Positions 18,256 to 26,280 of a stretch of DNA of 64,000 nt are shown in pieces; position 1 is the first letter of the stretch; each line of letters starts with the position of its first letter. This stretch comes from Candidatus Bathyarchaeota archaeon. Lineage in GTDB: Archaea; Thermoproteota; Bathyarchaeia; 40CM-2-53-6. Where the stretch lies: contig CAVWAQ010000002.1 in NCBI GenBank assembly GCA_963753065.1, positions 145,863 through 209,862 on the forward strand, read 5' to 3'. Both the position numbers and the translations under genes were made by a program. The notes beneath the pieces were generated by a model that was not told the origin of the DNA, did no database searches, and saw only the letters and a list, made by a program, of their open reading frames with translations.

Positions 18256-18669
18256 ATGAAGAACTTCGCCAAAGCCATCACTCTGTCAACAAGGGAGAAG
18301 TATCAACTTGTCGATCTCACGGAGATGGTTGAGGAGATCGTATCCGAGTCTCAAGTTGCAAATGGCTTATGTTTGGTGCATGCATCGCATGCAACCGCCG
18401 CCATAATCTGCAATGAGCATGAGAGCGGATTGATTCACGACCTTCTCAAGAAGGTGAAGGAGATCTTCCCTCCCAGTGCCGGATACCTGCACGATAGAAT
18501 TGACGACAATGCATCCGGTCACATAGCTTCAGCGCTGATCGGTGCATCACGTACGTTCCCAATCGAGGATGGGCGACTCGTCCGTGGCACTTGGCAGAAT
18601 ATCTTTCTCCTGGAACTTGATGGCCCAAGATCGCGACGCACGGTGAATGTGCATATCATTGGCGAATGA
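18256..18669 (+). CDS. YjbQ/UPF0047 family protein (secondary thiamine-phosphate synthase-like)
   Basis: 137 aa, with motifs LCLVHASHATAAIICNEHESGL and DGPRSRRTVNVHIIGE typical of YjbQ. Confidence 0.7.
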   Translation: MKNFAKAITLSTREKYQLVDLTEMVEEIVSESQVANGLCLVHASHATAAIICNEHESGLIHDLLKKVKEIFPPSAGYLHDRIDDNASGHIASALIGASRTFPIEDGRLVRGTWQNIFLLELDGPRSRRTVNVHIIGE

Positions 18670-18874
18670 GAAGGCGTTCCGTTGAACGATTGCTTTGGCA
18701 TTGATGGGCCATGACACCGATTGAGCAGCTACTGGTTGTTGACATATCCGCTGGTCCAGTGCAGAAGTCCAGCGAGTTGCTGTTGGTTTCCGCGTATCCC
18801 TTAAAGGGCGCTATGGGGTCAGGAGGCGTCGTACCAGAGAGCTTGGGAAGCCAAAGGGCTCCTACACATGAAGC

Positions 18875-20806
18875 GTGACAGAGTTGTCCAATGAAGGTGA
18901 GGAGCATGCGCTCAAACGTGAGGTTGGCTGGTACGGTTCCTTTGCAATGGGGTATGCCGATGTCGGAGCGGACCTCTATGTTGCGATTGGCCTTGTGGCG
19001 TTCTATGCCGCAGGCGCCTCACCGATCGCATTTGCGATCGCTTCGATAACCTATGTCTGCACAGGGCTTGCCTACGCGGAACTGGCAACGGCTTATCCGT
19101 ACGCCGGCGGGGCTCACGTCTATTCAATGAAAGCTTTCAACGACATCACCGGGTTTGTGGCGGGCTGGGCGGTGATGCTTGACTACACGGTGGACATCGC
19201 ACTGTTTTCACTTGCGAGCGCAGGCTATCTCAGCTTCTACCTGCCTTGGCTGAAGAGTTCGCACTTTCTATTTTCCCTTCTTGGTTTTCAGCTCAAGATA
19301 TCGTATATTGGATTCACCGCCTTCTTGCTGGTCATTGCTTTGTTGCTTCTCAACTCAGTCGGAATAAAGGAATCCTCGAAATTCAATGAAATCCTTGTGT
19401 CGCTCGACCTTGTTGTTGAGTCATCGATTCTGATAATAGGTATCTTGTTGGCCTTTGGTCTGGCGCTATTCCTGAGTCAGGTCAAGGATTTTGGTGCCAC
19501 TTCAATATTCTCGAACATTGTCTACATTATGCCACAGTATGGGACTCAGACACAGAATTTCATCTACGGCGTCACTCTCGCCATGACCTCGTTCATAGGC
19601 ATCGAATCCATTGCACAGGCTGCGGAAGAGACAAAGAGGCCTCAGCGGTGGATTCCACGGGCAAACAAGCTCTCGATAATCGCGGTTGTTATTTTCGCGG
19701 TTGGGCTTTCAACCTTGAGCATGGGGTTGATGCCGTGGCAAGATCTTGCCGCCGCCCAAACAGACCCAATGGCTGCTATCGCATCAAGAGTCCCGTATAT
19801 CGGACACCTACTCGCACCAATCGTCGCATTGACAGGCTTCACTATCTGTTATGTGTCCACTAACACGGGAGTGATCGGTGCATCTCGTGTCGTCTTCTCG
19901 ATGGGCCGCTTCTCGCTGATGCCGACTTGGTTCTACAAGGTTCACAAGAGATTTCGCACACCGGTTCGCACGATAGCCGTTTTCGGACTCATTGGTGCAG
20001 GGATGGCGCTTCTCGGCGAGCTTCATTTCGTTGCGGACTTGTACAACTTCGGGGCTCTTCTCTCGTACGTGATCGTGAATGTTTCGTTGATTGTTCTAAG
20101 AAACAAGGAACCTGACGCATATCGAGCTTGGAAGCTGCCGGGCACATTGAAGATTCACGTGGGAGCAAAAACAATTTTCATCCCTGTTGTGAGCGTGATC
20201 GGTGCGATCGCAACAGGAACAATGTGGACGCTGGTCGTCGGATTTCATGCTGAGGGACGAATAGTGGGGACGATCTGGCTCATTATCGGGGTCGTAGGTT
20301 TCGTCGCATTCAGAAGATCCCGTAAGATGAGCCTCCTCGGAAATGAGGTCGGCAAGACCATTGCCCCCGGCGCATATATGATGAATGCCACAGTTCTTAT
20401 CAGAACCCCTGAAGACGAGGATGCGGTTGTGAAATCTCTCAAGTACGAGCTTGACAACCGCTTCAGGGTCAGGCTCTTGAGTATCGTAGATCCACGAGAC
20501 TTCGGCCTAAGCACTGAGAATGTTCATGACTACTCCCAGCTGAAACAATGTCAAGCAATATCGTTAGACGAGTTAAGACGCGTGGGAAAGGCTCTCGCTT
20601 CAGAAGGATTCGACGTAGTCTCGCAAGTCGAGATCGGATCGACCACATCCATCGTGGAAAGAGAGATGGAATCACGCGATAACGATCTTATCGTTCTCAT
20701 CAAGAGAAAGACGTTAAAGGGCCATCTTGAAAAGAGAGAGGACACAGCGTACGCGATAGCGTCAAAGTACCCGGGCAAGCTCATGGTCGTCAGAAGAGGT
20801 GATTAG
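18875..20806 (+). CDS. APC-superfamily amino-acid permease fused to a C-terminal cytoplasmic UspA-like domain
   Basis: About 12 transmembrane helices with APC-type composition, then a 150-aa C-terminal extension (ATVLIRTPEDEDAVVKSLKYELDNRFRVRLLSIVDP...) that resembles a universal stress protein. Confidence 0.75.
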   Translation: MTELSNEGEEHALKREVGWYGSFAMGYADVGADLYVAIGLVAFYAAGASPIAFAIASITYVCTGLAYAELATAYPYAGGAHVYSMKAFNDITGFVAGWAVMLDYTVDIALFSLASAGYLSFYLPWLKSSHFLFSLLGFQLKISYIGFTAFLLVIALLLLNSVGIKESSKFNEILVSLDLVVESSILIIGILLAFGLALFLSQVKDFGATSIFSNIVYIMPQYGTQTQNFIYGVTLAMTSFIGIESIAQAAEETKRPQRWIPRANKLSIIAVVIFAVGLSTLSMGLMPWQDLAAAQTDPMAAIASRVPYIGHLLAPIVALTGFTICYVSTNTGVIGASRVVFSMGRFSLMPTWFYKVHKRFRTPVRTIAVFGLIGAGMALLGELHFVADLYNFGALLSYVIVNVSLIVLRNKEPDAYRAWKLPGTLKIHVGAKTIFIPVVSVIGAIATGTMWTLVVGFHAEGRIVGTIWLIIGVVGFVAFRRSRKMSLLGNEVGKTIAPGAYMMNATVLIRTPEDEDAVVKSLKYELDNRFRVRLLSIVDPRDFGLSTENVHDYSQLKQCQAISLDELRRVGKALASEGFDVVSQVEIGSTTSIVEREMESRDNDLIVLIKRKTLKGHLEKREDTAYAIASKYPGKLMVVRRGD

Positions 20807-21077
20807 CATGGCACCAGGCGTAGTCGTGATACTCAATATCTTCGTGCAGTCAAAAGAGTTGGATAAAGTGACGAAGAAGCTCCTTGCGCTGCCTGAAGTA
20901 AAAGACTTGTACGAAGTCACGGGAGAATATGACATAGTTGCCACGATCGAAACGAAGGACATTGCGGCATTCAGGATATTTATCAAGGAGAAGATTCTTG
21001 CCATCGACGGTATCCGAAGCACGGTCTCGGCGGTCATTCTCTACACACACAAGAAAGAAGGGAAGCCTGTATCCTGA
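20799..21077 (+). CDS. Stand-alone RAM (AsnC-type ligand-binding, ACT-like) domain protein
   Basis: 92 aa; VVVILNIFVQSKELDKVTKKLLALPEVKDLYEVTGEYDIVATIETKD matches the RAM-domain pattern. It overlaps its neighbours at both ends, which suggests an operon. Confidence 0.6.
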   Translation: MISMAPGVVVILNIFVQSKELDKVTKKLLALPEVKDLYEVTGEYDIVATIETKDIAAFRIFIKEKILAIDGIRSTVSAVILYTHKKEGKPVS

Positions 21078-21544
21078 TGCGAGGCAAGACTCAGAAGCCT
21101 CCAGTCAAGATACTGGTCCCAATTGCCACAAGCGCGGATAGGAAGCTGATGACAAGGGCTCTGTATGCCTTGTCGGCTTTCAAGGACCCAGAGATCGTTC
21201 TGTTTCATGTTGTGGAATTGCCGAGTCGCACTGTGCCCATCGAGGTGGTTTCGCATAGGGAAGAGATCACTCTCGCTGACGAGGTCCTGTCCCCGATTGC
21301 TGAATGGCTGAAGGAACAACGTTGCACTAGCCGTAAGAAGATCGTGGTAGCTCGCGACATTGCAGAGGCTATTGTCAACGAGGCGAATGCTGAAGACTAT
21401 GCTTTCGTAATCATGACGAAACGTCACCCGAAGAAAGGGGTTAAAGGGCTTTTTCATCATAGTGTCAGCGAGCGTGTGATCCGGGAGACTAGGTGCATGG
21501 TGCTCACAACACTGACGAACGGGTCGGACCTCCCGGATAGTTGA
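21077..21544 (+). CDS. Universal stress protein UspA
   Basis: 155 aa Usp fold (ILVPIATSADRKLMTRALYALSAFKDPEIVLFHVVE...). Confidence 0.75.
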   Translation: MRGKTQKPPVKILVPIATSADRKLMTRALYALSAFKDPEIVLFHVVELPSRTVPIEVVSHREEITLADEVLSPIAEWLKEQRCTSRKKIVVARDIAEAIVNEANAEDYAFVIMTKRHPKKGVKGLFHHSVSERVIRETRCMVLTTLTNGSDLPDS

Positions 21545-21710
21545 ACAATTTCGGCAAACACTAAATAGATCGGTACGAGGGTAGAGGCCGAAATAGTGCG
21601 TTTGAGGGAACAGACGTGAGGGTGTCAATTATCGCGGGTGGCTCTGTTCCAGAGCCATAGCGCTTGTTGCATGCTACCTCGAACGTTCTACCGCACGTGG
21701 TGTTCTGCAG

Positions 21711-23153
21711 ATGAGCAAAGAGATTGGAATCACTGTCTCTAAGAAAGACGATCTGTCCGAGTGGTACACTCAGGTCGTCACGAAGTCAGGGCTTGCTGAT
21801 TACGCTAGTGTCAAAGGATTCATGGTCCTGATGCCGTATGGCTACTCGATCTGGGAGAAGATCAAGGAATTCCTTGACAAGCGTCTCAAGGCAATGGGTC
21901 ATAGTAACGCCTACTTCCCACTGTTGATACCTGAGAGTTTTCTCAGAAAGGAAGCTGAGCACTTCTCAGGTTTCACACCTGAAGTCTTCTGGGTGACCTC
22001 GGCCGGAAATGACAAGCTCGGAGAACGGTTAGCAATTAGACCTACCTCTGAGACCGTCATCTACGACTCGTATGCAAAATGGATCAGAAGCTGGAGGGAC
22101 CTACCGCTCTTGATCAACGTATGGAACTCAGTACTTCGAGCTGAGATCAAGATGACCAAGCCGTTCATGCGAACTTCGGAATTCCTCTGGCAAGAGGGCC
22201 ACACTGTCCACGCCGACAAGGAGGATACCGACGCGGAGGTCATGAGAATCTTCGAATTGTACAGACAGCTCATAGAGGAACAGCTTGCCATTCCGGCGCT
22301 CGCTGGGTCCAAGACGGACCGAGAGAAATTCGTTGGCGCGCTGTATACAATGACTCTCGAATCCATGATGCCTGACGGAAAAGCGCTCCAGATGGGCACA
22401 TCGCACAACTTGGGACAAAACTTCTCAAAGGTTTTCGAGATTAGGTACCTGGGCAATGACGAGGAAACGCACTACGCCTGGAACGCTTCATGGGGCGTCT
22501 CTTGGCGACTGATCGGAGCAGTCATCATGCTTCATGGAGATGATCGAGGCTTAGTAATTCCACCGCGCATCGCCCCGATACAAGTTGTTGTCGTACCGAT
22601 TCCTTACAAGGCAGAGGGAGTCGACATTTTGGGTCGGGCCAAGTCACTAGCGGACAAGCTGCAGGAAGCCGGCATCAGCGTAAACCTCGACGACCGGGCG
22701 CAGTACACACCTGGGTGGAAATTCAACGAGTGGGAGCTGAAAGGGGTCCCTGTCAGGATTGAGATTGGCCCTCGAGATGTCAGCCGTCAGCAGGTTACGA
22801 TCGTCCGTAGAGACACATCAGAACGCTCAGCGATTCCTGAGATGGATGTGGTCAATGAGACGAAGAGATTGCTCGACGCTGTTCAATCATCCTTGTTCGA
22901 GAAGGCCAGTCGTGCACTCAAGCAGGCTATCCACGACGTTCACACTTACGACGACCTGAAACGGACCATCGAGACCGAAGGCGGGTTTGTGAGGGCCTGC
23001 TGGTGCTCGGAGACTGCGTGTGAAGACCGAATCAAGGACGAGACTGGCGCCACTATTCGTGTGGTTCCTGTACATGATGAACAGGTCTTCTCGGAATGTG
23101 TTTGCTGTGGAAAGACCGCCAAGAAGGTCGTCTACTTCGCCAGAGCATACTGA
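21711..23153 (+). CDS. proS: Prolyl-tRNA synthetase, archaeal/eukaryotic type
   Basis: Class II motifs (FRAEIKMTKPFMRTSEFLWQEGHT; GTSHNLGQNF) and the archaeal-type C-terminal zinc-binding domain that ends in Tyr. Confidence 0.9.
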   Translation: MSKEIGITVSKKDDLSEWYTQVVTKSGLADYASVKGFMVLMPYGYSIWEKIKEFLDKRLKAMGHSNAYFPLLIPESFLRKEAEHFSGFTPEVFWVTSAGNDKLGERLAIRPTSETVIYDSYAKWIRSWRDLPLLINVWNSVLRAEIKMTKPFMRTSEFLWQEGHTVHADKEDTDAEVMRIFELYRQLIEEQLAIPALAGSKTDREKFVGALYTMTLESMMPDGKALQMGTSHNLGQNFSKVFEIRYLGNDEETHYAWNASWGVSWRLIGAVIMLHGDDRGLVIPPRIAPIQVVVVPIPYKAEGVDILGRAKSLADKLQEAGISVNLDDRAQYTPGWKFNEWELKGVPVRIEIGPRDVSRQQVTIVRRDTSERSAIPEMDVVNETKRLLDAVQSSLFEKASRALKQAIHDVHTYDDLKRTIETEGGFVRACWCSETACEDRIKDETGATIRVVPVHDEQVFSECVCCGKTAKKVVYFARAY

Positions 23154-23235
23154 CAGCCTGTCGCGATGCCTGCTTTACGGCGGGCACAAGGTTTAAGCGA
23201 AGTCTCTTAGAACTAGGCCGTAGTCGTGGATACGA

Positions 23236-23514
23236 ATGGGAAAGAAAAGGAAATCCGGAGGACGCAAGGGAGGCTCAAGAGGCAGCAGCACACTGGTACA
23301 ATGCACCAACTGCGGGATGCAGGTGCCACGTGACAAGGCAAAGCGAGTCACTAGCTTCGTCTCATTAGTGGAACCATCCCTTGCTCGGGAGCTGCGTGCC
23401 CACGGCGCTTACATCGCTCGACAGAAAGTCTTCAAGTATTACTGCATTTCATGCGCAGTTCACTTCGGAGTGTCCAAGGTCCGAGCACGTGACGAGAGAC
23501 GATTCGCGTACTAG
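23236..23514 (+). CDS. rps26e: Ribosomal protein eS26
   Basis: MGKKRKSGGRKGGSRGSSTLVQCTNCGMQVPRDKAKRVT...YYCISCAVHFGVSKVRARDERR aligns to S26e, including the CxxC...CxxC zinc ribbon. Confidence 0.8.
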   Translation: MGKKRKSGGRKGGSRGSSTLVQCTNCGMQVPRDKAKRVTSFVSLVEPSLARELRAHGAYIARQKVFKYYCISCAVHFGVSKVRARDERRFAY

Positions 23515-23531
23515 ACGCTCGAAGCAACTGC

Positions 23532-24449
23532 CTAGGCTTCTCTGATCTCGCCCATTAGCTTAGTCCTTCTTCTCACCTCTTCATCAGTGAGGATGAAGTT
23601 TGGCCGCAGACTCTCAACCATGATCGACGCTGCGGCGGAAGCATAGAGGCACGAAGAACGAATGTTTTCTGTTCGACTGAACTCTGCCAAGAAGGCGCCA
23701 GCGTAGAATTCCCCTGCTCCGGTTGGATCGACTGCCATGGTCTCGAAGGCGGGGACACGGAAGCACGTTCTTCCGTCGCAGACAAGCGACCCGTTTGCTC
23801 CAAGGGTGACGATTGCTGTTTTAGCGCCCCATTCGACAAGCTTCTTCGCTGACTCCATGTGGTTCTGCAGACCGGTAATTACCTGAGCCTCCAGCCCGTT
23901 CGGTTTGACGAAATCCACCCGCTCTAAGAGTTTCTTGAGTTGTCCTCTTTCACAGAAGTGTTCCACTTCTCCGTCCTTTCCGAGGCGGCGAAGCAGACCC
24001 TGTGGGTCTAAGAATACCTGGCTATGCGATGATTCAACGAGACTGGTAATCTCAGGGACATCAATCTCAGAGAATACTGGACCAAGCAGGAGATAGCGGC
24101 TTTGCTGACACTCTGACCAAACACCTCTGAGTGATATCTTGCCCGCGTCGGCTATCAGTCTGAGCGTGCGTTCCCCGTTTTCAGCGTTCTTAATGCTGAA
24201 GCCAGTGGTTCGATCTGTCGTTCTCGTGTTGATCACCTTGACTCCATGGCGTCTCATTATGGTGTGGAAATCGTGGCTGAAATCAGTTCCAATGTTTCCA
24301 ACAAGTGCTACTTTCTTCATGCCGAGCCTTTTTGCGGAAAGACACACGTTCGTGCTGCATCCAGACAATATCCGCCGGTTGCTCCTCGTTCGTAGGGTGT
24401 TTATGAAGTCGTACACGGGGTTCCCTATGGCGACTAGGTCGTATGTCAT
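23532..24449 (-). CDS. PfkB-family carbohydrate or nucleoside kinase (ribokinase fold)
   Basis: N-terminal GNPVYD and VGNIGTDFSHD, and a C-terminal GAGD-like anion-hole motif (DPTGAGEFYAGAF). Confidence 0.75.
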   Translation of the reverse strand: MTYDLVAIGNPVYDFINTLRTRSNRRILSGCSTNVCLSAKRLGMKKVALVGNIGTDFSHDFHTIMRRHGVKVINTRTTDRTTGFSIKNAENGERTLRLIADAGKISLRGVWSECQQSRYLLLGPVFSEIDVPEITSLVESSHSQVFLDPQGLLRRLGKDGEVEHFCERGQLKKLLERVDFVKPNGLEAQVITGLQNHMESAKKLVEWGAKTAIVTLGANGSLVCDGRTCFRVPAFETMAVDPTGAGEFYAGAFLAEFSRTENIRSSCLYASAAASIMVESLRPNFILTDEEVRRRTKLMGEIREA

Positions 24450-24626
24450 CTTAGGTAGCTCTCATGTTTCCTCTGTACATGATGAAGTTCCCGAAATCAA
24501 TCTGGCGATTACTGCTAGATCACACTTCTTATGAGCCTTGAATGCAAGGGGTTTGCTGTGGTCAGACGTGAGGCCGGCGGCTGAAAGAATAGTGTGCTGC
24601 CTTTGTGAGTCCTGCGTGGGGTTCGC

Positions 24627-25223
24627 TTGATCGGTAGACTGTCGCGATTCGTGGAGCCTGGATTAGGTCGGCTTGCGAGAGGCCTTCACGGTCTCGGTCT
24701 GAAACCAAACCACATCACGCTAATGTCCTTTTGCTGCAGCGTGGCTGCGGCTATCGCATTTGTCGTTGTGGCCGAACCTTCCCTCAAGGGAGTCTCCGCA
24801 GGTATCCTTCTTCTCTTGTCCGGACTTCTTGATGCGACGGACGGTGCAATGGCTCGACTGTACGGTGAGGTATCGCATTTTGGTGCATTCCTAGATTCGG
24901 TGCTCGACCGAATTTCTGAGATCGTCGTCTACTGGAGTCTTGTCTACTCGAAACTCGTTGACTGGCCGATCGGATTGGCTGCTCTTTCGGGTTCTCTAAT
25001 GGTTAGCTATGCTCGCGCGCGTGCCGAGCAGCTGGGGGCTGAGATGAAAGGAGTCGGTATCGCAGAACGTCCAGAACGTCTCCTCATTCTGATAGTGGCG
25101 GCTTTCGTGGGTCAACTCGACGCAGGTGTTTTCCTGATAGCTTTGTTCTCTGCAATAACGGTGGTCCAGAGAATCAATCACGCAAGATCTACCATGACCG
25201 ACGCTCAGCGTCCGGCCAAGTAG
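24627..25223 (+). CDS. CDP-alcohol phosphatidyltransferase family enzyme
   Basis: Membrane protein with a DGxxAR...G...D...D signature (LLDATDGAMARLYGEVSHFGAFLDSVLDRISE). Confidence 0.75.
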   Translation: MIGRLSRFVEPGLGRLARGLHGLGLKPNHITLMSFCCSVAAAIAFVVVAEPSLKGVSAGILLLLSGLLDATDGAMARLYGEVSHFGAFLDSVLDRISEIVVYWSLVYSKLVDWPIGLAALSGSLMVSYARARAEQLGAEMKGVGIAERPERLLILIVAAFVGQLDAGVFLIALFSAITVVQRINHARSTMTDAQRPAK

Positions 25224-25378
25224 CGGAGGACAGAGCACCGATTGTGGAGCGCCTGCCTTGAAGGCACGCCGTGGACCGTCTCGCAAGCGTTGCGAAGAAT
25301 GCCGGAGACGTCGCAAGCGGGACAAGCAGAGAACCTGGCACGCCAGGCATCCTGAGTACTACCAGATGAAAAACATGG

Positions 25379-25416
25379 GTGTAGCACACTGTGTGCTACA
25401 CAGAGAATTCTTACGG
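25379..25416. repeat. Palindromic element R1 (GTGTAGCACAC-T-GTGTGCTACAC) followed by AGAGAATTCTTACGG
   Basis: A 23-bp near-perfect palindrome plus a conserved tail. A second copy with a compensatory-variant palindrome lies at 25657. Confidence 0.6.
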
Positions 25417-25656
25417 CTACGCATTCATGGTAGGCGATGAGTCACGCCTTCACCGCGTTGCTCAGGGCTCTCAAACGGGCCCCCGTTTCCCTGAAACGGG
25501 CCCCCCTTTGGGGGATATGATCGTGAACCACCTCTTCCATGGAAAGCGGCACCTAGTGTCCTAAACTCTGCAGCGTATAGATGTGCTGATCAAGACCCTT
25601 GAATTGCAGATCTTCCGCGTCGGCATAGCAGGCCTGGACATGCAGGAGAATGCAGG

Positions 25657-25693
25657 TGTAAGACGCAGTGTCTTACACAGAGAATTCTGACGC
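25657..25693. repeat. Palindromic element R2 (GTGTAAGAC-GCAGT-GTCTTACAC) followed by AGAGAATTCTGACGC
   Basis: The outer GTGTA/TACAC arms and the AGAGAATTCT tail are the same as in R1. The inner arms differ from R1 but remain self-complementary. Confidence 0.6.
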
Positions 25694-26057
25694 ACATGCT
25701 CCCCGACTAGCGAGCGTAGGGGGTACCGGGCTGCTCGGCAACCCGGTTACCGGGGATACTATTGTGGTCAATTTGCCTCTTACCGAGGATCAAATCGAGA
25801 GAACCCGCGGCACTCCCAAGAGAGCGCGGATGCCGTTTGTACTGCAGCTTGCGCGCATACCGGCTCTGAACATTTGCGGCCGAGCGCTAGCGCTTGCTTC
25901 TCCTGGCTCCTACGGAAGGTCGTCCTCTCGGATTTGTTGCTAAGACGAGCCTCTCGACTGAGACGGCTTCCAACTGTGGTTACCCAAGGAAAACGCAGAC
26001 ACGCTTGAATAGGTCCTAAGCACGAAGGTTTGCGGCACAGGAGAGGGCATCTCAGAA

Positions 26058-26264
26058 TTGGGCAAAGTCTCGAAAGGGGTCAAATGCAACGTCACTGGAT
26101 GCACCCAGACTGCCTTGCGTTCCGTTTCACCAGATGCGGTGGCGCAGGCGAAGATGGACGTCGGAGGCGCCAGACGTGCATACCTGTGCCGAACGCACTA
26201 TAAAGAGATGAAGAAGCGGTCAAAGAAGGACCGACAGATAGAGAGATGGCGCCTGTCAGGATAA
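26058..26264 (+). CDS. Small basic putative zinc-binding protein
   Basis: 68 aa with C-x4-C ... C-x2-H (KCNVTGC ... CRTH) and a Lys/Arg-rich C-terminus. No family assignment is possible by eye. Confidence 0.3.
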   Translation: MGKVSKGVKCNVTGCTQTALRSVSPDAVAQAKMDVGGARRAYLCRTHYKEMKKRSKKDRQIERWRLSG

Positions 26265-26280
26265 TGCGGAGTGAGTATCA

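Noticed and set aside
21601-21660. Hairpin GGCTCTG-TTC-CAGAGCC downstream of uspA as a possible tRNA or ncRNA
   Set aside because: There is no tRNA-like T arm or acceptor pairing. It is most simply a small terminator-like stem-loop, and the evidence is insufficient to call a feature.
25258-25440. 60-aa Arg/Lys-rich ORF (MKARRGPSRKRCEECRRRRKRDKQ...)
   Set aside because: Low-complexity basic composition. It contains the R1 palindrome within its coding sequence, so it is more likely non-coding.
25379-25693. Possible CRISPR array or C/D-box sRNA genes in the long intergenic region
   Set aside because: There are only two repeat copies, with a 240-bp spacer and differing cores, and no cas genes, so this is not a CRISPR. 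No proper C (RUGAUGA) or D (CUGA) box pairs with the correct spacing were found.
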